Source: an uncultured delta proteobacterium
GTDB taxonomy: Bacteria > Desulfobacterota > Binatia > Binatales > Binataceae
DNA: 64,000 bases
Reading direction: 5' to 3'
Assembly: GCA_963765675.1 (NCBI GenBank)
Contig: CAVXXK010000014.1
Location: 32,001-96,000, forward strand
Within the stretch, counting starts at the first letter, position 1, and each line of letters starts with the position of its first letter. The notes below the pieces were generated by a model. That model made no database searches. It was not told the DNA's origin and was given only the letters and a program-made list of their open reading frames with translations. Position numbers and translations under genes: made by a program. Below are positions 28,913-39,356 of this stretch, piece by piece.

Positions 28913-30412
28913 ATGAACCCCGCAAAACCGATCAGTATCGCGCCTTATCTCGACGTAGTTTACCGTCATCGCCTGATCGCGATTTGCGTCCTCGCGTTGG
29001 GAATAGGCACCACTCTTTCGCTTATCCTGATGCTGCCGAACGTATACAGGTCAACTGCTGTCATCGTCATCGAGCCTCCGCAGGTATCGCCCAACTATGT
29101 TGATGTGAGCAATGGTTCAGATGCCAGGCAAAACATCAACGTGGCGGATCAACTCGAGGCACTCGCGCATCAGGCATTCAGCCAAGCGCGACTGGAGGAA
29201 TTGATTCGAGAATTCAATCTCTACCACGTGCGTCCTGGTCAATCGCTTGACCCTACCATCCGTTACATGGGGCGCCATATAGACCTGGTCGTTCCGCAGG
29301 ACGCCATTCTTTACGAGAATTCGCGGTCGTCAGAGGAAGCTCCGGATGTGCTCAAGCTTTCGTTTGAGTATTCGAACCCGAAGATTGCCCAGCAGGTAAC
29401 CGCTCAACTCGCCAATAACTATATTAACGAGGGCTATCGGGAGCGAATCCAGCGGGCCGAAGACGCGGTGCGCTTTCTAACCACCCAGGTCGCTCGATCC
29501 GATGCCGAGCTGGAGGCCAAGGGGAAGCAGGTCCAGGATCTCGAACGACGCTATGAAGGAAGTCTGCCAGAAGAACTCGAGCCTAACCTGGCGGAACTGG
29601 GGCGTCTCCAAAACCAACTCAGCATGATCAATCAAGAGCTCGCGACTCAGCGTGTCACGCCGATGGGTAACGGCCAGACGGTTGCAATGACGCCCCAGCA
29701 GGAACTTCCGGTGCTGCAGCTTAGGCTCGCAGGACTTCGCGCGGAATATAGTGACGAGTATCCCGACGTCGTTCAGCTCAAGGAGCAAATCGAAGATCTC
29801 AAGCAGCAGATCCGCAAGAATCACGCAGCGGGGGTTGAGGCCGCAGCCACTGCAGATAACGGAACGGGCAGCGATACAGGGTCCGTTCAAGCCAATATGG
29901 AGCGCCAGGCCGCGATGCTTTCCGCACAGATCGCGTCTCTCAATGCCAAGATCGCGGTTACGCCCGTGCATGGGCAAGAACTCGATGCTCTCAGACGCGA
30001 CTATGATGCGTTAGACCTCGAATATCATAACTTGCTGAAGAAACAGCTCGGCGCACAGTTGCGCGACAGCCTTGAGAAGCGCCATCAGGACGAGCGCCTG
30101 CGTCTACTCGAAGTTGCTAATCTACCCAAGGAGCCAATCCGTCCGAACCGAATCGCGATCGGAATCTTTGGAGTGCTCTTCAGTATTTTGGCTGCGATCG
30201 GAGTGCCCTTCGCCCTCTACTTCACCGATACGTCCTTCAAGGAACCAGCAGAGCTTCAAAACGAATATGGGATCTCAGTTGTGGCGATGATCCCAGCGAT
30301 CAAGGTGCCTGCCGAACGCCGCGCGGCTACGATGCGCGCGGTTTTTGCATCGTCGGCCGGGATGTTGGTAATCGCAGCCGCGATTTGGACGTACGCGATC
30401 ATGGTGTTTTGA
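28913..30412 (+). CDS. Polysaccharide chain-length determinant (GumC / Wzc N-terminal module)
   Basis: TM, LPNVYRSTA, coiled coil with YSDEYPDV, EVANLPKEPIRPNR, then TM. Confidence 0.9.
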   Translation: MNPAKPISIAPYLDVVYRHRLIAICVLALGIGTTLSLILMLPNVYRSTAVIVIEPPQVSPNYVDVSNGSDARQNINVADQLEALAHQAFSQARLEELIREFNLYHVRPGQSLDPTIRYMGRHIDLVVPQDAILYENSRSSEEAPDVLKLSFEYSNPKIAQQVTAQLANNYINEGYRERIQRAEDAVRFLTTQVARSDAELEAKGKQVQDLERRYEGSLPEELEPNLAELGRLQNQLSMINQELATQRVTPMGNGQTVAMTPQQELPVLQLRLAGLRAEYSDEYPDVVQLKEQIEDLKQQIRKNHAAGVEAAATADNGTGSDTGSVQANMERQAAMLSAQIASLNAKIAVTPVHGQELDALRRDYDALDLEYHNLLKKQLGAQLRDSLEKRHQDERLRLLEVANLPKEPIRPNRIAIGIFGVLFSILAAIGVPFALYFTDTSFKEPAELQNEYGISVVAMIPAIKVPAERRAATMRAVFASSAGMLVIAAAIWTYAIMVF

Positions 30413-30416
30413 GACC

Positions 30417-31487
30417 ATGGCTGTTTACGAGGAATACTATCAATGCCGGCGGGAGCCCTTCAGTCTGAGCCCCGATCCGAGCTTCCTTTACGCCGCGGAA
30501 CCTCATCGTGAAGCACTCGCTCAGCTTCGCTACCTGGTGCAGGAGCGCAAAGGATTTGCCGTGGTGACAGGCGAGGTTGGAACCGGCAAAACCATGCTGT
30601 TGCGAAGTCTTATCGAGTCCGCCGGCCCCAAAGTTCAGACCGGCTATGTCTTCAATCCACCACGCAGCATTGGCGCGCTCTACGATGCGATAGGCCTCGA
30701 ACTGGGAATCACACTGAACGGGGTAACCAATCCGGCAGTCGTTCTGAACCGCCATCTTCTTTCTGCTTACGAAAATGGCGGGACAGTCGTAATGATATTC
30801 GATGAGGCTCAGTCGCTCGCGGTCGAGTTATTGGAAGAGATTCGTCTGCTCACAAACATCGAAACATCCAGCACCAAACTCGCTCAGGTGATTCTGGCTG
30901 GACAACCTGAATTCGATACGATGATCGACTCGACGGAGCTGCGTGCGCTGCGCCAACGGTTGGTGTTTCGCTACTCGCTCCCGGCGCTTAGTCCCTCGGA
31001 CACCGTGCGCTATATCGCCGCCAGGCTCGGGTCCGCGGGCGCGAAGCGCTCGCCATTCACGCTTAGGGCGTGCGAGGCCGTGCATCGCTATTCTGGCGGG
31101 GTTCCGCGTCTGGTGAATGTCATATGCGACAACGCCATGCTCGCTGGCTACGCGGCCGAGACACCAATAATCGAAGAAGAAGATATCGCATCAGCGGCGT
31201 CCGATCTCCGGCTCATCAGCGCACCGCACCGGGCCTACCAGCGAGCTCGAGCCTCGGGTTACGAGAGCCCCCGTCTGCGCTCTCAGCATCGTCGCCTAAT
31301 CTACGGCATCGAAATCGCTTGCGTAATGCTGGCAGTGGCTATCGTGGCGGTTATCTTCGTGGTTTTACTGAACAGTAGAAGTTCTGCTCCGCTGACCCAG
31401 ATGGGAGGTATGTTCGGAAATACCCTGCATTGGCTCAGTGAGAAGGCCAGTAATGAGATTCATCTTGGACGTTTTCAACAATCTTGA
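30417..31487 (+). CDS. ExeA-like AAA ATPase associated with PEP-CTERM/EPS loci
   Basis: EPFSLSPDPSFLY, TGEVGTGKT, IFDEAQ, ILAGQPE, SGGVPRLVNVICD. Confidence 0.92.
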   Translation: MAVYEEYYQCRREPFSLSPDPSFLYAAEPHREALAQLRYLVQERKGFAVVTGEVGTGKTMLLRSLIESAGPKVQTGYVFNPPRSIGALYDAIGLELGITLNGVTNPAVVLNRHLLSAYENGGTVVMIFDEAQSLAVELLEEIRLLTNIETSSTKLAQVILAGQPEFDTMIDSTELRALRQRLVFRYSLPALSPSDTVRYIAARLGSAGAKRSPFTLRACEAVHRYSGGVPRLVNVICDNAMLAGYAAETPIIEEEDIASAASDLRLISAPHRAYQRARASGYESPRLRSQHRRLIYGIEIACVMLAVAIVAVIFVVLLNSRSSAPLTQMGGMFGNTLHWLSEKASNEIHLGRFQQS

Positions 31488-31507
31488 GAGTATAGACCGA
31501 GAGTACA

Positions 31508-32419
31508 ATGAGCCGAGTTTATGAGGCTTTGAAAAAGGCCGAAAGCCAGCGTGCCGCCGCGGAGCTCCGGATTGCAGAGGCGCCTTCAATCGTCGATGCG
31601 TCCGATTATCCTTCGGACAACGGAATGTCGAATCGAGCGCCGTCACGCGCCGATTTGCTCAAACCTGATGATGCGTCCTTCGACCGCATACAAGGGATGC
31701 CGCCCCTCGAGCCGGAGGCGGCCTCCTCAAATCGCGGCGGACCAATGCTGGTCGTGGGACGGCGCGAGTACGCTGCGGTTGCCGAACATTTCCATGTGTT
31801 TGGCCGAACTCTGCAAGATTGGGCGACCAGACACGAAAAACGGATTTTCACAATCACGAGCGCGCTAAGCGGCGAGGGCAAAAGCTTCGTTTCACTCAAC
31901 CTGGCCGCAAGCCTAGCCAGGTTTGGCAACCGGGTCATATTGGTCGACGCGGACCTACGTGCGTCGTCGCTCGATCGTACTTTCAATCTCGTCGGCGGGA
32001 AGGGCCTCATCGATTATCTCGATGATAACGCCGACTTGAGTGGCTGTCTCCATGCGACCCCGATTCCGGGACTGTGGCTCGTACCTGCCGGTGGCGCCGC
32101 CAGGGCGCCGGCCGAGGCCTTGGGAGGGCAGCGCATGCGCGACTTTATGAACGAAGTACACGCAATGGTGCCCGCGCCCTACGTCATTATCGACACGCCG
32201 GCGGCGTCAGCGGTGCCAGAGCCCCAGATAATAGCCCGGCTTTCCGACGCCCTGGTGATCGTGGTGGCCGCTAATCGCACGCCGCGCGAATTAGTAAAGC
32301 AGACCATCGAAAACGCGGCTGGTGCTACAATCTTCGGAATAGCGCTGAACCGCTTCGAGCCACCGCGTTCGACTCAGGTTCACTATCCCGACAAATACGC
32401 ATTGCGAGCGTATTCGTAA
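31508..32419 (+). CDS. BY-kinase (CpsD/CapB), stand-alone Wzc kinase domain
   Basis: MSRVYEALKKAE, SALSGEGKS, LVDADLR, IIDTP; only three scattered C-terminal Tyr. Confidence 0.9.
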   Translation: MSRVYEALKKAESQRAAAELRIAEAPSIVDASDYPSDNGMSNRAPSRADLLKPDDASFDRIQGMPPLEPEAASSNRGGPMLVVGRREYAAVAEHFHVFGRTLQDWATRHEKRIFTITSALSGEGKSFVSLNLAASLARFGNRVILVDADLRASSLDRTFNLVGGKGLIDYLDDNADLSGCLHATPIPGLWLVPAGGAARAPAEALGGQRMRDFMNEVHAMVPAPYVIIDTPAASAVPEPQIIARLSDALVIVVAANRTPRELVKQTIENAAGATIFGIALNRFEPPRSTQVHYPDKYALRAYS

Positions 32420-32511
32420 TCATGAGTCGTACCGGTGTCCACCGAAGCTCAGGGCATCGTGATCTCACTACCGACGATTTCACCATCTTGTAGCATACGC
32501 AATCGCGTTTG

Positions 32512-33768
32512 ATGACCCTCTACTATCTACTGCTGATATTTACGCGGTTTCATTCCGATCCACGCTTCGGCATGCCGCTGTTTAAGGCTGCGTTTGTCTT
32601 GGTAACGCCCGTGAAAGTCATCGGGCTGTTGACTATCTGCGCGGCCGTTCTGCTTGTCCCGCCCGAGGATGCCGCACCTCGCTTGAAGAATCCGCTTGCG
32701 CTGCTTTTTTTCGGATTTGCGGGCTTTCAGGTCGTCGAAGTACTGGTCTATAGGCTACCGATACCGGCGGACTCGCTTGCTTCTCTCCTATCTATCGGCC
32801 TACTCCTGGTAGCAACCCGAGGCCTTGTAAACACTGAGGAACGGATGCGGACTGCGGTGCGGGTGATGATCGTCGCCTCAGCGATCGCGAGCATGTGGAT
32901 ATACAGGCAGTATTTCTTCCTGCACGTTTTTCCACCGAATGGAATCGAACAAGATACCAACTTTGAAGCGCTGACGTTGGTATGTGGCATTCCGCTCGCC
33001 GTCTGGATGGTGCGCTACGAGAGAAAGAGCAGTTGGAAACGCGTGGCGATGGTTTGCGTTGGGCTGATGATTGGCGGTGTCCTGCTGACTGAATCACGTG
33101 CGGGCGTGATCGCAGCGGTGGTGATGGGCCTCGCAGCCGTATTTGTCTCAAGGCGAAAGATGCTTACCCTGGTATTGGTCGTGATTGCGGTGGTTGCCGG
33201 TGTCGAAATCGCTCCAGCGAAGCTCCGCACTCGTTTCGAAAGCATTAAACTCGAGGGAAAAGCGACTAACGGGGCTGAAGAATCGACTCGAATCCATATT
33301 GAACTGGCCAAAGCTGGCCTTGCCATGATCGAGACTTATCCGTTGACCGGAATCGGGCTGGAGCAATTCGAGGCGGCGGCTCCTGATTATAACCCCGCAT
33401 TGCTCCGAGTGGCCGGCCGCGAGTACGTCGCGCATGACACCTATATTCAGATCGCCTCAGAAAGCGGCCTTCCGGTTTTGATGCTATTTCTCGGCCTGAT
33501 CGCGATGGCTATTGTTAATTGCCGATCGGCAGGGCGCGGTTCAAATCTGCCGATGGCACGCATGGCTCTTGCCATGCAGATCGGTCTAATTGGATATGGC
33601 GTAGCAGCCGCCTCGGTCACGGCCGAGTACGTACCTACGTTCTGGCTATTGATCTTCTTCTCCCAAAATCTCAAGGAGATCGTTGTCTCACTTCCGGAGC
33701 CGAGTGTTCGCCTGAAAGGTGGACCCGCAGAACCAGGATGGGAACGCCCGGAAAGTCGTGCGGCGTGA
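32512..33768 (+). CDS. O-antigen ligase / Wzy polymerase family membrane protein
   Basis: Many TMs; TESRAG, PLTGIG, AHDTYIQIASESG. Confidence 0.85.
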   Translation: MTLYYLLLIFTRFHSDPRFGMPLFKAAFVLVTPVKVIGLLTICAAVLLVPPEDAAPRLKNPLALLFFGFAGFQVVEVLVYRLPIPADSLASLLSIGLLLVATRGLVNTEERMRTAVRVMIVASAIASMWIYRQYFFLHVFPPNGIEQDTNFEALTLVCGIPLAVWMVRYERKSSWKRVAMVCVGLMIGGVLLTESRAGVIAAVVMGLAAVFVSRRKMLTLVLVVIAVVAGVEIAPAKLRTRFESIKLEGKATNGAEESTRIHIELAKAGLAMIETYPLTGIGLEQFEAAAPDYNPALLRVAGREYVAHDTYIQIASESGLPVLMLFLGLIAMAIVNCRSAGRGSNLPMARMALAMQIGLIGYGVAAASVTAEYVPTFWLLIFFSQNLKEIVVSLPEPSVRLKGGPAEPGWERPESRAA

Positions 33769-34009
33769 ATCAATGCGTCTGGAACAATTCGCGCGAAGCG
33801 CCAGAGGCTTGAGCGGAAGCCTGAGTTGCGATCCCTGCGTGACTGGATCTCTCTTCAATTGGATTTGATTCGATCTGGCGTCCGAACCCGGTTGAATGTG
33901 TATAGCGACTAGCCAGAACGAAAACCGGCTCGCAAGCGACACTGACGCTACGTCTAAACTTGTCTGAGACTCGGATCGCGAGTATCGATCGGCGCATAGA
34001 GAGGGCGCG

Positions 34010-35191
34010 ATGAAGACGCTCTTTTTTGTCGGAGCGTTCTGGCTGGTTTACGTTTATGGCGGATATCCGGCTCTGCTGGCTTTGCTGGCTTTTAAGAAGC
34101 GGGTTCAGCCGGTCATCAATGAACGTGAGATGCCGCGTGTGTCCGTGCTGATCGCTGCGCGCAATGAAGAGCAGGACATCGGATGGAAGATCGCCGAAAC
34201 GCTCGCGTGGGATTATCCGCAGCAAAAGCTTAAAGTGCTGATTGCTTCCGACGCGTCCGAGGACTCGACCGATAAAATTATCCGCGAATCGTCTGACGAA
34301 CGAGTCAGGTTGGTGCGTATGGAGCGCCGAGGCGGGAAGGCGCGTGCTCTAAACCGCCTCGCAGAAATATCCGAAAGCTCGATTTTGTTTTTCACCGACG
34401 CCAACGCTCACATTGCCCCGCATGTGCTGCGACTGATGGTGCGGCGTTTTGCCGACCCGCGCGTGGGTTGTGTAACCGGTGACTCGCGGTCGATCCAAGA
34501 GAAAGACCGCCGGGCAGTGTCGAAGGGTGCCAGCGTCTACTGGGGCTATGAATCGATTCTTAAGCGTCTGGAAAGCGCAATCGGTTCGGTCCTTGTCTGC
34601 GACGGCGCGATTTTCTGTATGCGAGCCCAGCTTTTCCAGCGTCTCTCCGCCGATCTGGCCAACGACTTGGAGATTCCGATGCTGGTGGGAGCGGCCGGCT
34701 ACTGGGTAATCCACGAGCCAGATGCTTTGGTATTCGAGCGCGACACTACCTCGCCGCTCGAGGAATTCAAACGGCGCCGCCGAATGTGCGGTCAGGGGAT
34801 GTTAGCTGCATTCAGGTTGACTGCTGCTTTCCGCGGTCTGCGCGGCTGGCAGTTTGTCTCGCACAAACTATTACGCTGGTTATCGCTGATTCCGATGCTG
34901 ATGATCCTCGTTTCTTCGGCGGCTCTCGCCGAAGGCTCCGGATTCTTCATGTCCGTGATGGCGCTCGAAGTGCTTTTCCTTGGGTTGGCCGCATTAGGTT
35001 TGGTCATGACCGCTGCCGGGCGCTCTGTCTCCGGACCTCTTGCAGTCCCTTTCTACGTCGTGCTGGGTGTGATCGGCGCATTCGTCGGGATTGCCGAGTC
35101 ACTATTCGGTAGGCGGTTCGATATCTGGGATATCCCCAAGCTGTCGCGCGGCCCGGCCCCGGACATCTCATCTCCCACCCGAGAGGTTTAG
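34010..35191 (+). CDS. Glycosyltransferase family 2 (membrane-bound)
   Basis: VSVLIAARNEE, SDASEDST, FTDAN, RRRR motif, C-terminal TMs. Confidence 0.92.
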   Translation: MKTLFFVGAFWLVYVYGGYPALLALLAFKKRVQPVINEREMPRVSVLIAARNEEQDIGWKIAETLAWDYPQQKLKVLIASDASEDSTDKIIRESSDERVRLVRMERRGGKARALNRLAEISESSILFFTDANAHIAPHVLRLMVRRFADPRVGCVTGDSRSIQEKDRRAVSKGASVYWGYESILKRLESAIGSVLVCDGAIFCMRAQLFQRLSADLANDLEIPMLVGAAGYWVIHEPDALVFERDTTSPLEEFKRRRRMCGQGMLAAFRLTAAFRGLRGWQFVSHKLLRWLSLIPMLMILVSSAALAEGSGFFMSVMALEVLFLGLAALGLVMTAAGRSVSGPLAVPFYVVLGVIGAFVGIAESLFGRRFDIWDIPKLSRGPAPDISSPTREV

Positions 35192-35195
35192 AAAC

Positions 35196-36119
35196 GTGGA
35201 TACTCTTAATGATCGCTGTGTATTGTCGATCGACGTTGAAGATTGGTTTCACATCCTCGATCTGCCATCCACTCCGACCCTAGGCGAATGGGACCGGCTC
35301 CCATCACGCGTCGAGCACAACTTCCTGCGCTTGCTGGATTTGGCAGCTGAGCATCACGTGCGCTGCACCTGCTTTTTCCTGGGCTGGATCGCCCACCGCC
35401 ATCCACGTCTGGTGACTGCCGCGCTCCAGCGCGGCCATGAAATCGCCTCGCATGGATGGGCGCATCGGCTAGCCTATCAGCTCACGGCCAAAGAGTTTTA
35501 CGAAGACGCTGCGAAAGCCAAGGATGTTATAGAGCAAATCTCTGGCTGCAGCGTGCTCGGATACCGATCGGCCGGATTCTCGCTCTCCGCCCGCAACGAC
35601 TGGGTATTCGATGAACTGCTGCGTGCCGGCTATGTATACGACTCATCCGTCTTTCCCGCCAACCACGGCCACGGTGGATGGCATAACGGACACTACGCTC
35701 CATATTTGGTGAAACGACCTGGTGGAGATTTGATCGAGTTTCCCATGTCTGTGGAGGAGGTACTTGGGCACCCGTACTGTTTCTTTGGCGGCGGCTACCT
35801 GCGCCTGTTCCCGCTGTCTATAATTCGTAGGATGACTGCGGGCGTCCACCGGCAGGGCAGGCCGGCAATCTTTTATATTCATCCAAGGGAAATTGACCCC
35901 GACCAGCCGCGCCTCGCGATGAGCGCGTGGCGTCAATTCAAGAGTTACGTAAATCTGGCGACGACTGAAGCCAAGCTACGGGAGCTTTTGACTGAGTACG
36001 AGTTCGTCACGCTCGAGGATCTGGCTGGAGAGATCTTTCCGTCCTTCATTCAGCCAGCGATTAACCACCACCGATCGTCGCTGGATCATTCCGATACGAT
36101 CCCGGATTTCGTCTTCTAA
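35196..36119 (+). CDS. Polysaccharide deacetylase (PEP-CTERM locus type)
   Basis: SIDVEDWF, GHEIASHGWAH, YDSS, GGGYLRLFP, YIHPREIDPDQPR; GTG at 35196. Confidence 0.92.
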   Translation: MDTLNDRCVLSIDVEDWFHILDLPSTPTLGEWDRLPSRVEHNFLRLLDLAAEHHVRCTCFFLGWIAHRHPRLVTAALQRGHEIASHGWAHRLAYQLTAKEFYEDAAKAKDVIEQISGCSVLGYRSAGFSLSARNDWVFDELLRAGYVYDSSVFPANHGHGGWHNGHYAPYLVKRPGGDLIEFPMSVEEVLGHPYCFFGGGYLRLFPLSIIRRMTAGVHRQGRPAIFYIHPREIDPDQPRLAMSAWRQFKSYVNLATTEAKLRELLTEYEFVTLEDLAGEIFPSFIQPAINHHRSSLDHSDTIPDFVF

Positions 36120-36417
36120 AGGGATCGGCCAAGGCTTTCTAATTTCTTGTCAAAAGAGGGGGGAATATCAAAACGTACAGTGGGATCCGACGGTAGTTTA
36201 TTCTGATGCGAGTGTTAACGATCGCGGGCATCAGCATTTCTGGAACTGCGTCTGACCAACTCCCGAAAGCGAAAAGAATCACCAGTTGCCTTTCGACCTG
36301 CTCCGCTAATTTCCGTGAAATCTAGATTCGCTGCATCACGGTCTGGCCGAGACGACCCAACGTGGGAATTGTCGGCCAATTTGTTTAAATCGCGACGCAA
36401 CAACCCAGAGAGGCAAC

Positions 36418-37089
36418 ATGTTCGAGGATTCTGTAACACTTGCCGCACAAGATTTGTTGAAACGCCTGGCTTTTAGATCAGGACTCGTAAAAACCCGTTA
36501 CGATTTTCTGTTGGAACCTAATGAGCTGCTCGAATTGATGCTGGCCCTGAGACGCGGCAATAGTTTGCCCGGAGACATTATTGAGGTTGGAGTAGCCCGC
36601 GGTAGAACCACTCTGTTTCTCAACCGCTTCCTGAATTCGCTAAACAGCACCAAAACCTACTGGGTCGTGGATACCTTCAGCGGCTTCGTCGCGGAGGACG
36701 TAGCGCATGAACGGCTTAATCGCGGCAAGCAGGGTCATTCCTATACGGGTTTTTCTTATAACTCAAAGCGAATCTGGGACCGCAGAGTAGTGCAGGACAA
36801 CGGACTGAAACGCGTGAAGACCATCGCTCAGGAGATCAAGCGGGTCCACTTCGATCCCGACCAGATGTTCTCGACCGCGTTGATAGACGTGGACCTTTAC
36901 CTGCCTACCAAGGCCGCGCTGGAAATCATCTATCCTCGGTTGGTTCCGGGCGGGACGATCGTAGTCGATGACGTGTGTGAAGGTGGGCGTTATGACGGTG
37001 CTTTTGCAGCGTTCATGGAGTTCGCCAACCTGAAACCAACGGAATGCCGGGTATTGCCTCCAAAGTGCGGTATCGTCGTTCGCGGATAA
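36418..37089 (+). CDS. TylF/MycF/NovP-like SAM-dependent O-methyltransferase
   Basis: GDIIEVGVARG, DTFSGF, IDVDLY, LVPGGTIVVDD. Confidence 0.85.
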   Translation: MFEDSVTLAAQDLLKRLAFRSGLVKTRYDFLLEPNELLELMLALRRGNSLPGDIIEVGVARGRTTLFLNRFLNSLNSTKTYWVVDTFSGFVAEDVAHERLNRGKQGHSYTGFSYNSKRIWDRRVVQDNGLKRVKTIAQEIKRVHFDPDQMFSTALIDVDLYLPTKAALEIIYPRLVPGGTIVVDDVCEGGRYDGAFAAFMEFANLKPTECRVLPPKCGIVVRG

Positions 37090-37123
37090 ATGACTATCCA
37101 ATGGAATCATTCGGATCTGGAAT

Positions 37124-38146
37124 ATGAATATTGAGCTGGCCAGAGACCGCGAACCATGGGAGGCCTACGTAGATACAGCTGCACCGGCGAGTCTTTATCA
37201 TCGATGGGTGTGGCGCGAGGTGATCGAAGATACGTTTGGACATCAACCGTACTACCTTACGGCGATCGAAGGTAACACGATCCGCGGTATTTTACCGCTG
37301 GTGTCTATTCGCAGTCGGCTCTTCGGTAATTCGCTGATATCAATTCCATTCTTCAGTTACGGAGGCGTGGTAGCCGACACTGATCTAGCGCGTCGCACGT
37401 TACTTGAAGGAGCGGCGGATTTGGGACGCGAACTAGGAGCACGGCATATAGAACTCCGTCAAGGTGATCAGAGTGCGATATCGTGGCCGATGTCATCTAC
37501 CAAGGTCACGATGGAAATCCAACTGCCGGCCACTGTCGATGACTACTGTAAGCAGCTGAGCACAAGCAGGCAAAAAAAGATTCGCTACGGCCTCAAACGG
37601 GGTTTACGCGCCGAATGGGGCGGTCTGGAAGCGGTTCCGATATTCTACAAGATATTCGCCACAAACATGCGGAATCTTGGTACGCCTGTGTATCCGAGCG
37701 CGTTCTTCGAAAACCAAATGAGCAGACTTCGCGAAAAGATTAGGATCTTGAGTTTATGGGATGGTACGAAACCCGTCGCAGCCTCCTTCGTCACCGCCCA
37801 TCGGGAGACGCTGGAACTTCCGTGGGCTGCGTCTCTTCCGGAGTCCAGAAAGAAAGAAGCACCAATGATTATGTATTGGACGCTAATCGAAAAGGCTATC
37901 GAAGAAAGATTCCACAAGATAGATCTGGGTCGGTGTTCGCCAGGCGGCGGTACATATGAGTTCAAGCGCCACTGGAATCCGGTCGAACGCCCGCTGCATT
38001 GGTACTATTGGCTCGGAGCCAACGCATCGATACCTCGCCCGCGGCCGGATAACCCCAAATTCAGGTTCGCCACCAAACTCTGGAAGCGGTTACCACTGCT
38101 TGTCGCAAATGGACTCGGGCCGCGGATCGTGCGCTCGATTCCGTGA
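37124..38146 (+). CDS. FemAB-related (GNAT-fold) protein, PEP-CTERM system-associated
   Basis: SRLFGNSLISIPFFSYGG, IELR, NMRNLGTPVY, DLGRC, FKRHW, NPKF...WKRLP. Confidence 0.9.
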   Translation: MNIELARDREPWEAYVDTAAPASLYHRWVWREVIEDTFGHQPYYLTAIEGNTIRGILPLVSIRSRLFGNSLISIPFFSYGGVVADTDLARRTLLEGAADLGRELGARHIELRQGDQSAISWPMSSTKVTMEIQLPATVDDYCKQLSTSRQKKIRYGLKRGLRAEWGGLEAVPIFYKIFATNMRNLGTPVYPSAFFENQMSRLREKIRILSLWDGTKPVAASFVTAHRETLELPWAASLPESRKKEAPMIMYWTLIEKAIEERFHKIDLGRCSPGGGTYEFKRHWNPVERPLHWYYWLGANASIPRPRPDNPKFRFATKLWKRLPLLVANGLGPRIVRSIP

Positions 38147-38153
38147 GGGATGA

Positions 38154-39356
38154 ATGAATACCGGGACTGCGGAGATTGCTCAGACATCACGAGTTGATTC
38201 TGAGCGGCACCTACAAATCTTTGTGTTGATCGATGCGCTCGGTTGGGAAATCATCAAGGACCGCCCGTTTCTCAACGATGAGTTACCGTTTCGTACGCCG
38301 CTCGAAACGGTGCTCGGCTATAGCTCGGGCGCGATTCCGACTATCCTGACCGGTCGCTACCCCGCGCAAACCGGCCATTGGAATCTTTACTATTACGATC
38401 CTGCTGGATCGCCATTTAGGTGGCTACGATGGTTTTGGTTTCTACCTGATCCGGTTCTCGATAACCGAATTTCCCGCAAGCTCATTAAGGAGCTGGGACA
38501 GCGGGTGCTCGGTATGGGGCCTCTGTTCGAATGCGGAGTCAGCCCCGCGCTCCTCCCGTTCTTCAACTTCGTGGAGAAGCGCAATATCTATGCTGAGGGT
38601 GGTATCCCCGATTCAGTATCAATCTTTGACCTCCTCCACGCGCGCGGAGTTCCTTACCGGGTATACTCATATCATCAGTTATCGGATATCCGAATCGTCG
38701 AGCAAGCTCGCAGTGACATTGAGTCTGGTGAGGCCAAGTTCTTTTTTATCTATCTGAGCGAGCTGGATCATTTTCTCCATGGCCAGTGCAGTGATCTTCA
38801 GACGGTGGCGGAGCGGCTGGCGTGGTACGATCGACAACTTCGCGAGGTATTTGCGTTAGCGGCTCGGAAGGACCGAGAGATGACCTTCACAGTAATCTCT
38901 GATCATGGCATGACACCGGTGCACTCTCGGTACGATTTAGTAGGAAAGATCGACTCGCTGGGATTCTCGATGCCCAAGCATTACCTGGCTGTCTACGACT
39001 CGACGATGGCTCGTTATTGGTTTTTCGACGACGGTGCACGCAGTGCGATCCTCACCGAACTGGGACGTACTTCATGCGGCCGGATTGTGGACGATTCCGA
39101 GCTGGAGCGGCTGGGAATTCTGTTTCCTGACCGGCGCTACGGCGAGATTGTGTTTTTGCTCGATCCCGGATGGTTGCTCTCGACCAGCGGCTTCAACGGT
39201 AATGGATGGCACCCGGTTGGGATGCACGGCTATCACCCGTCAGATTCGCACTCCGACGCGATCTTTCTTAGCAATAAACATCCGCGCCAGCAAATGAACA
39301 CTATTGCCGACATCTATCCGTGTTTAGCGGAAGCAGCCTCGCCCGATGAATATTGA
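38154..39356 (+). CDS. Alkaline-phosphatase superfamily (nucleotide pyrophosphatase/phosphodiesterase-like) protein
   Basis: LIDALG, YSSGAIPTILTG, ELDHFLH, ISDHGM, GMHGY. Confidence 0.85.
   Translation: MNTGTAEIAQTSRVDSERHLQIFVLIDALGWEIIKDRPFLNDELPFRTPLETVLGYSSGAIPTILTGRYPAQTGHWNLYYYDPAGSPFRWLRWFWFLPDPVLDNRISRKLIKELGQRVLGMGPLFECGVSPALLPFFNFVEKRNIYAEGGIPDSVSIFDLLHARGVPYRVYSYHQLSDIRIVEQARSDIESGEAKFFFIYLSELDHFLHGQCSDLQTVAERLAWYDRQLREVFALAARKDREMTFTVISDHGMTPVHSRYDLVGKIDSLGFSMPKHYLAVYDSTMARYWFFDDGARSAILTELGRTSCGRIVDDSELERLGILFPDRRYGEIVFLLDPGWLLSTSGFNGNGWHPVGMHGYHPSDSHSDAIFLSNKHPRQQMNTIADIYPCLAEAASPDEY

Noticed and set aside
36188-36200. GACGGTAG, ops/JUMPstart-like sequence
   Set aside because: Mismatch to GGCGGTAG, mid-locus position, and no RfaH-type gene in view
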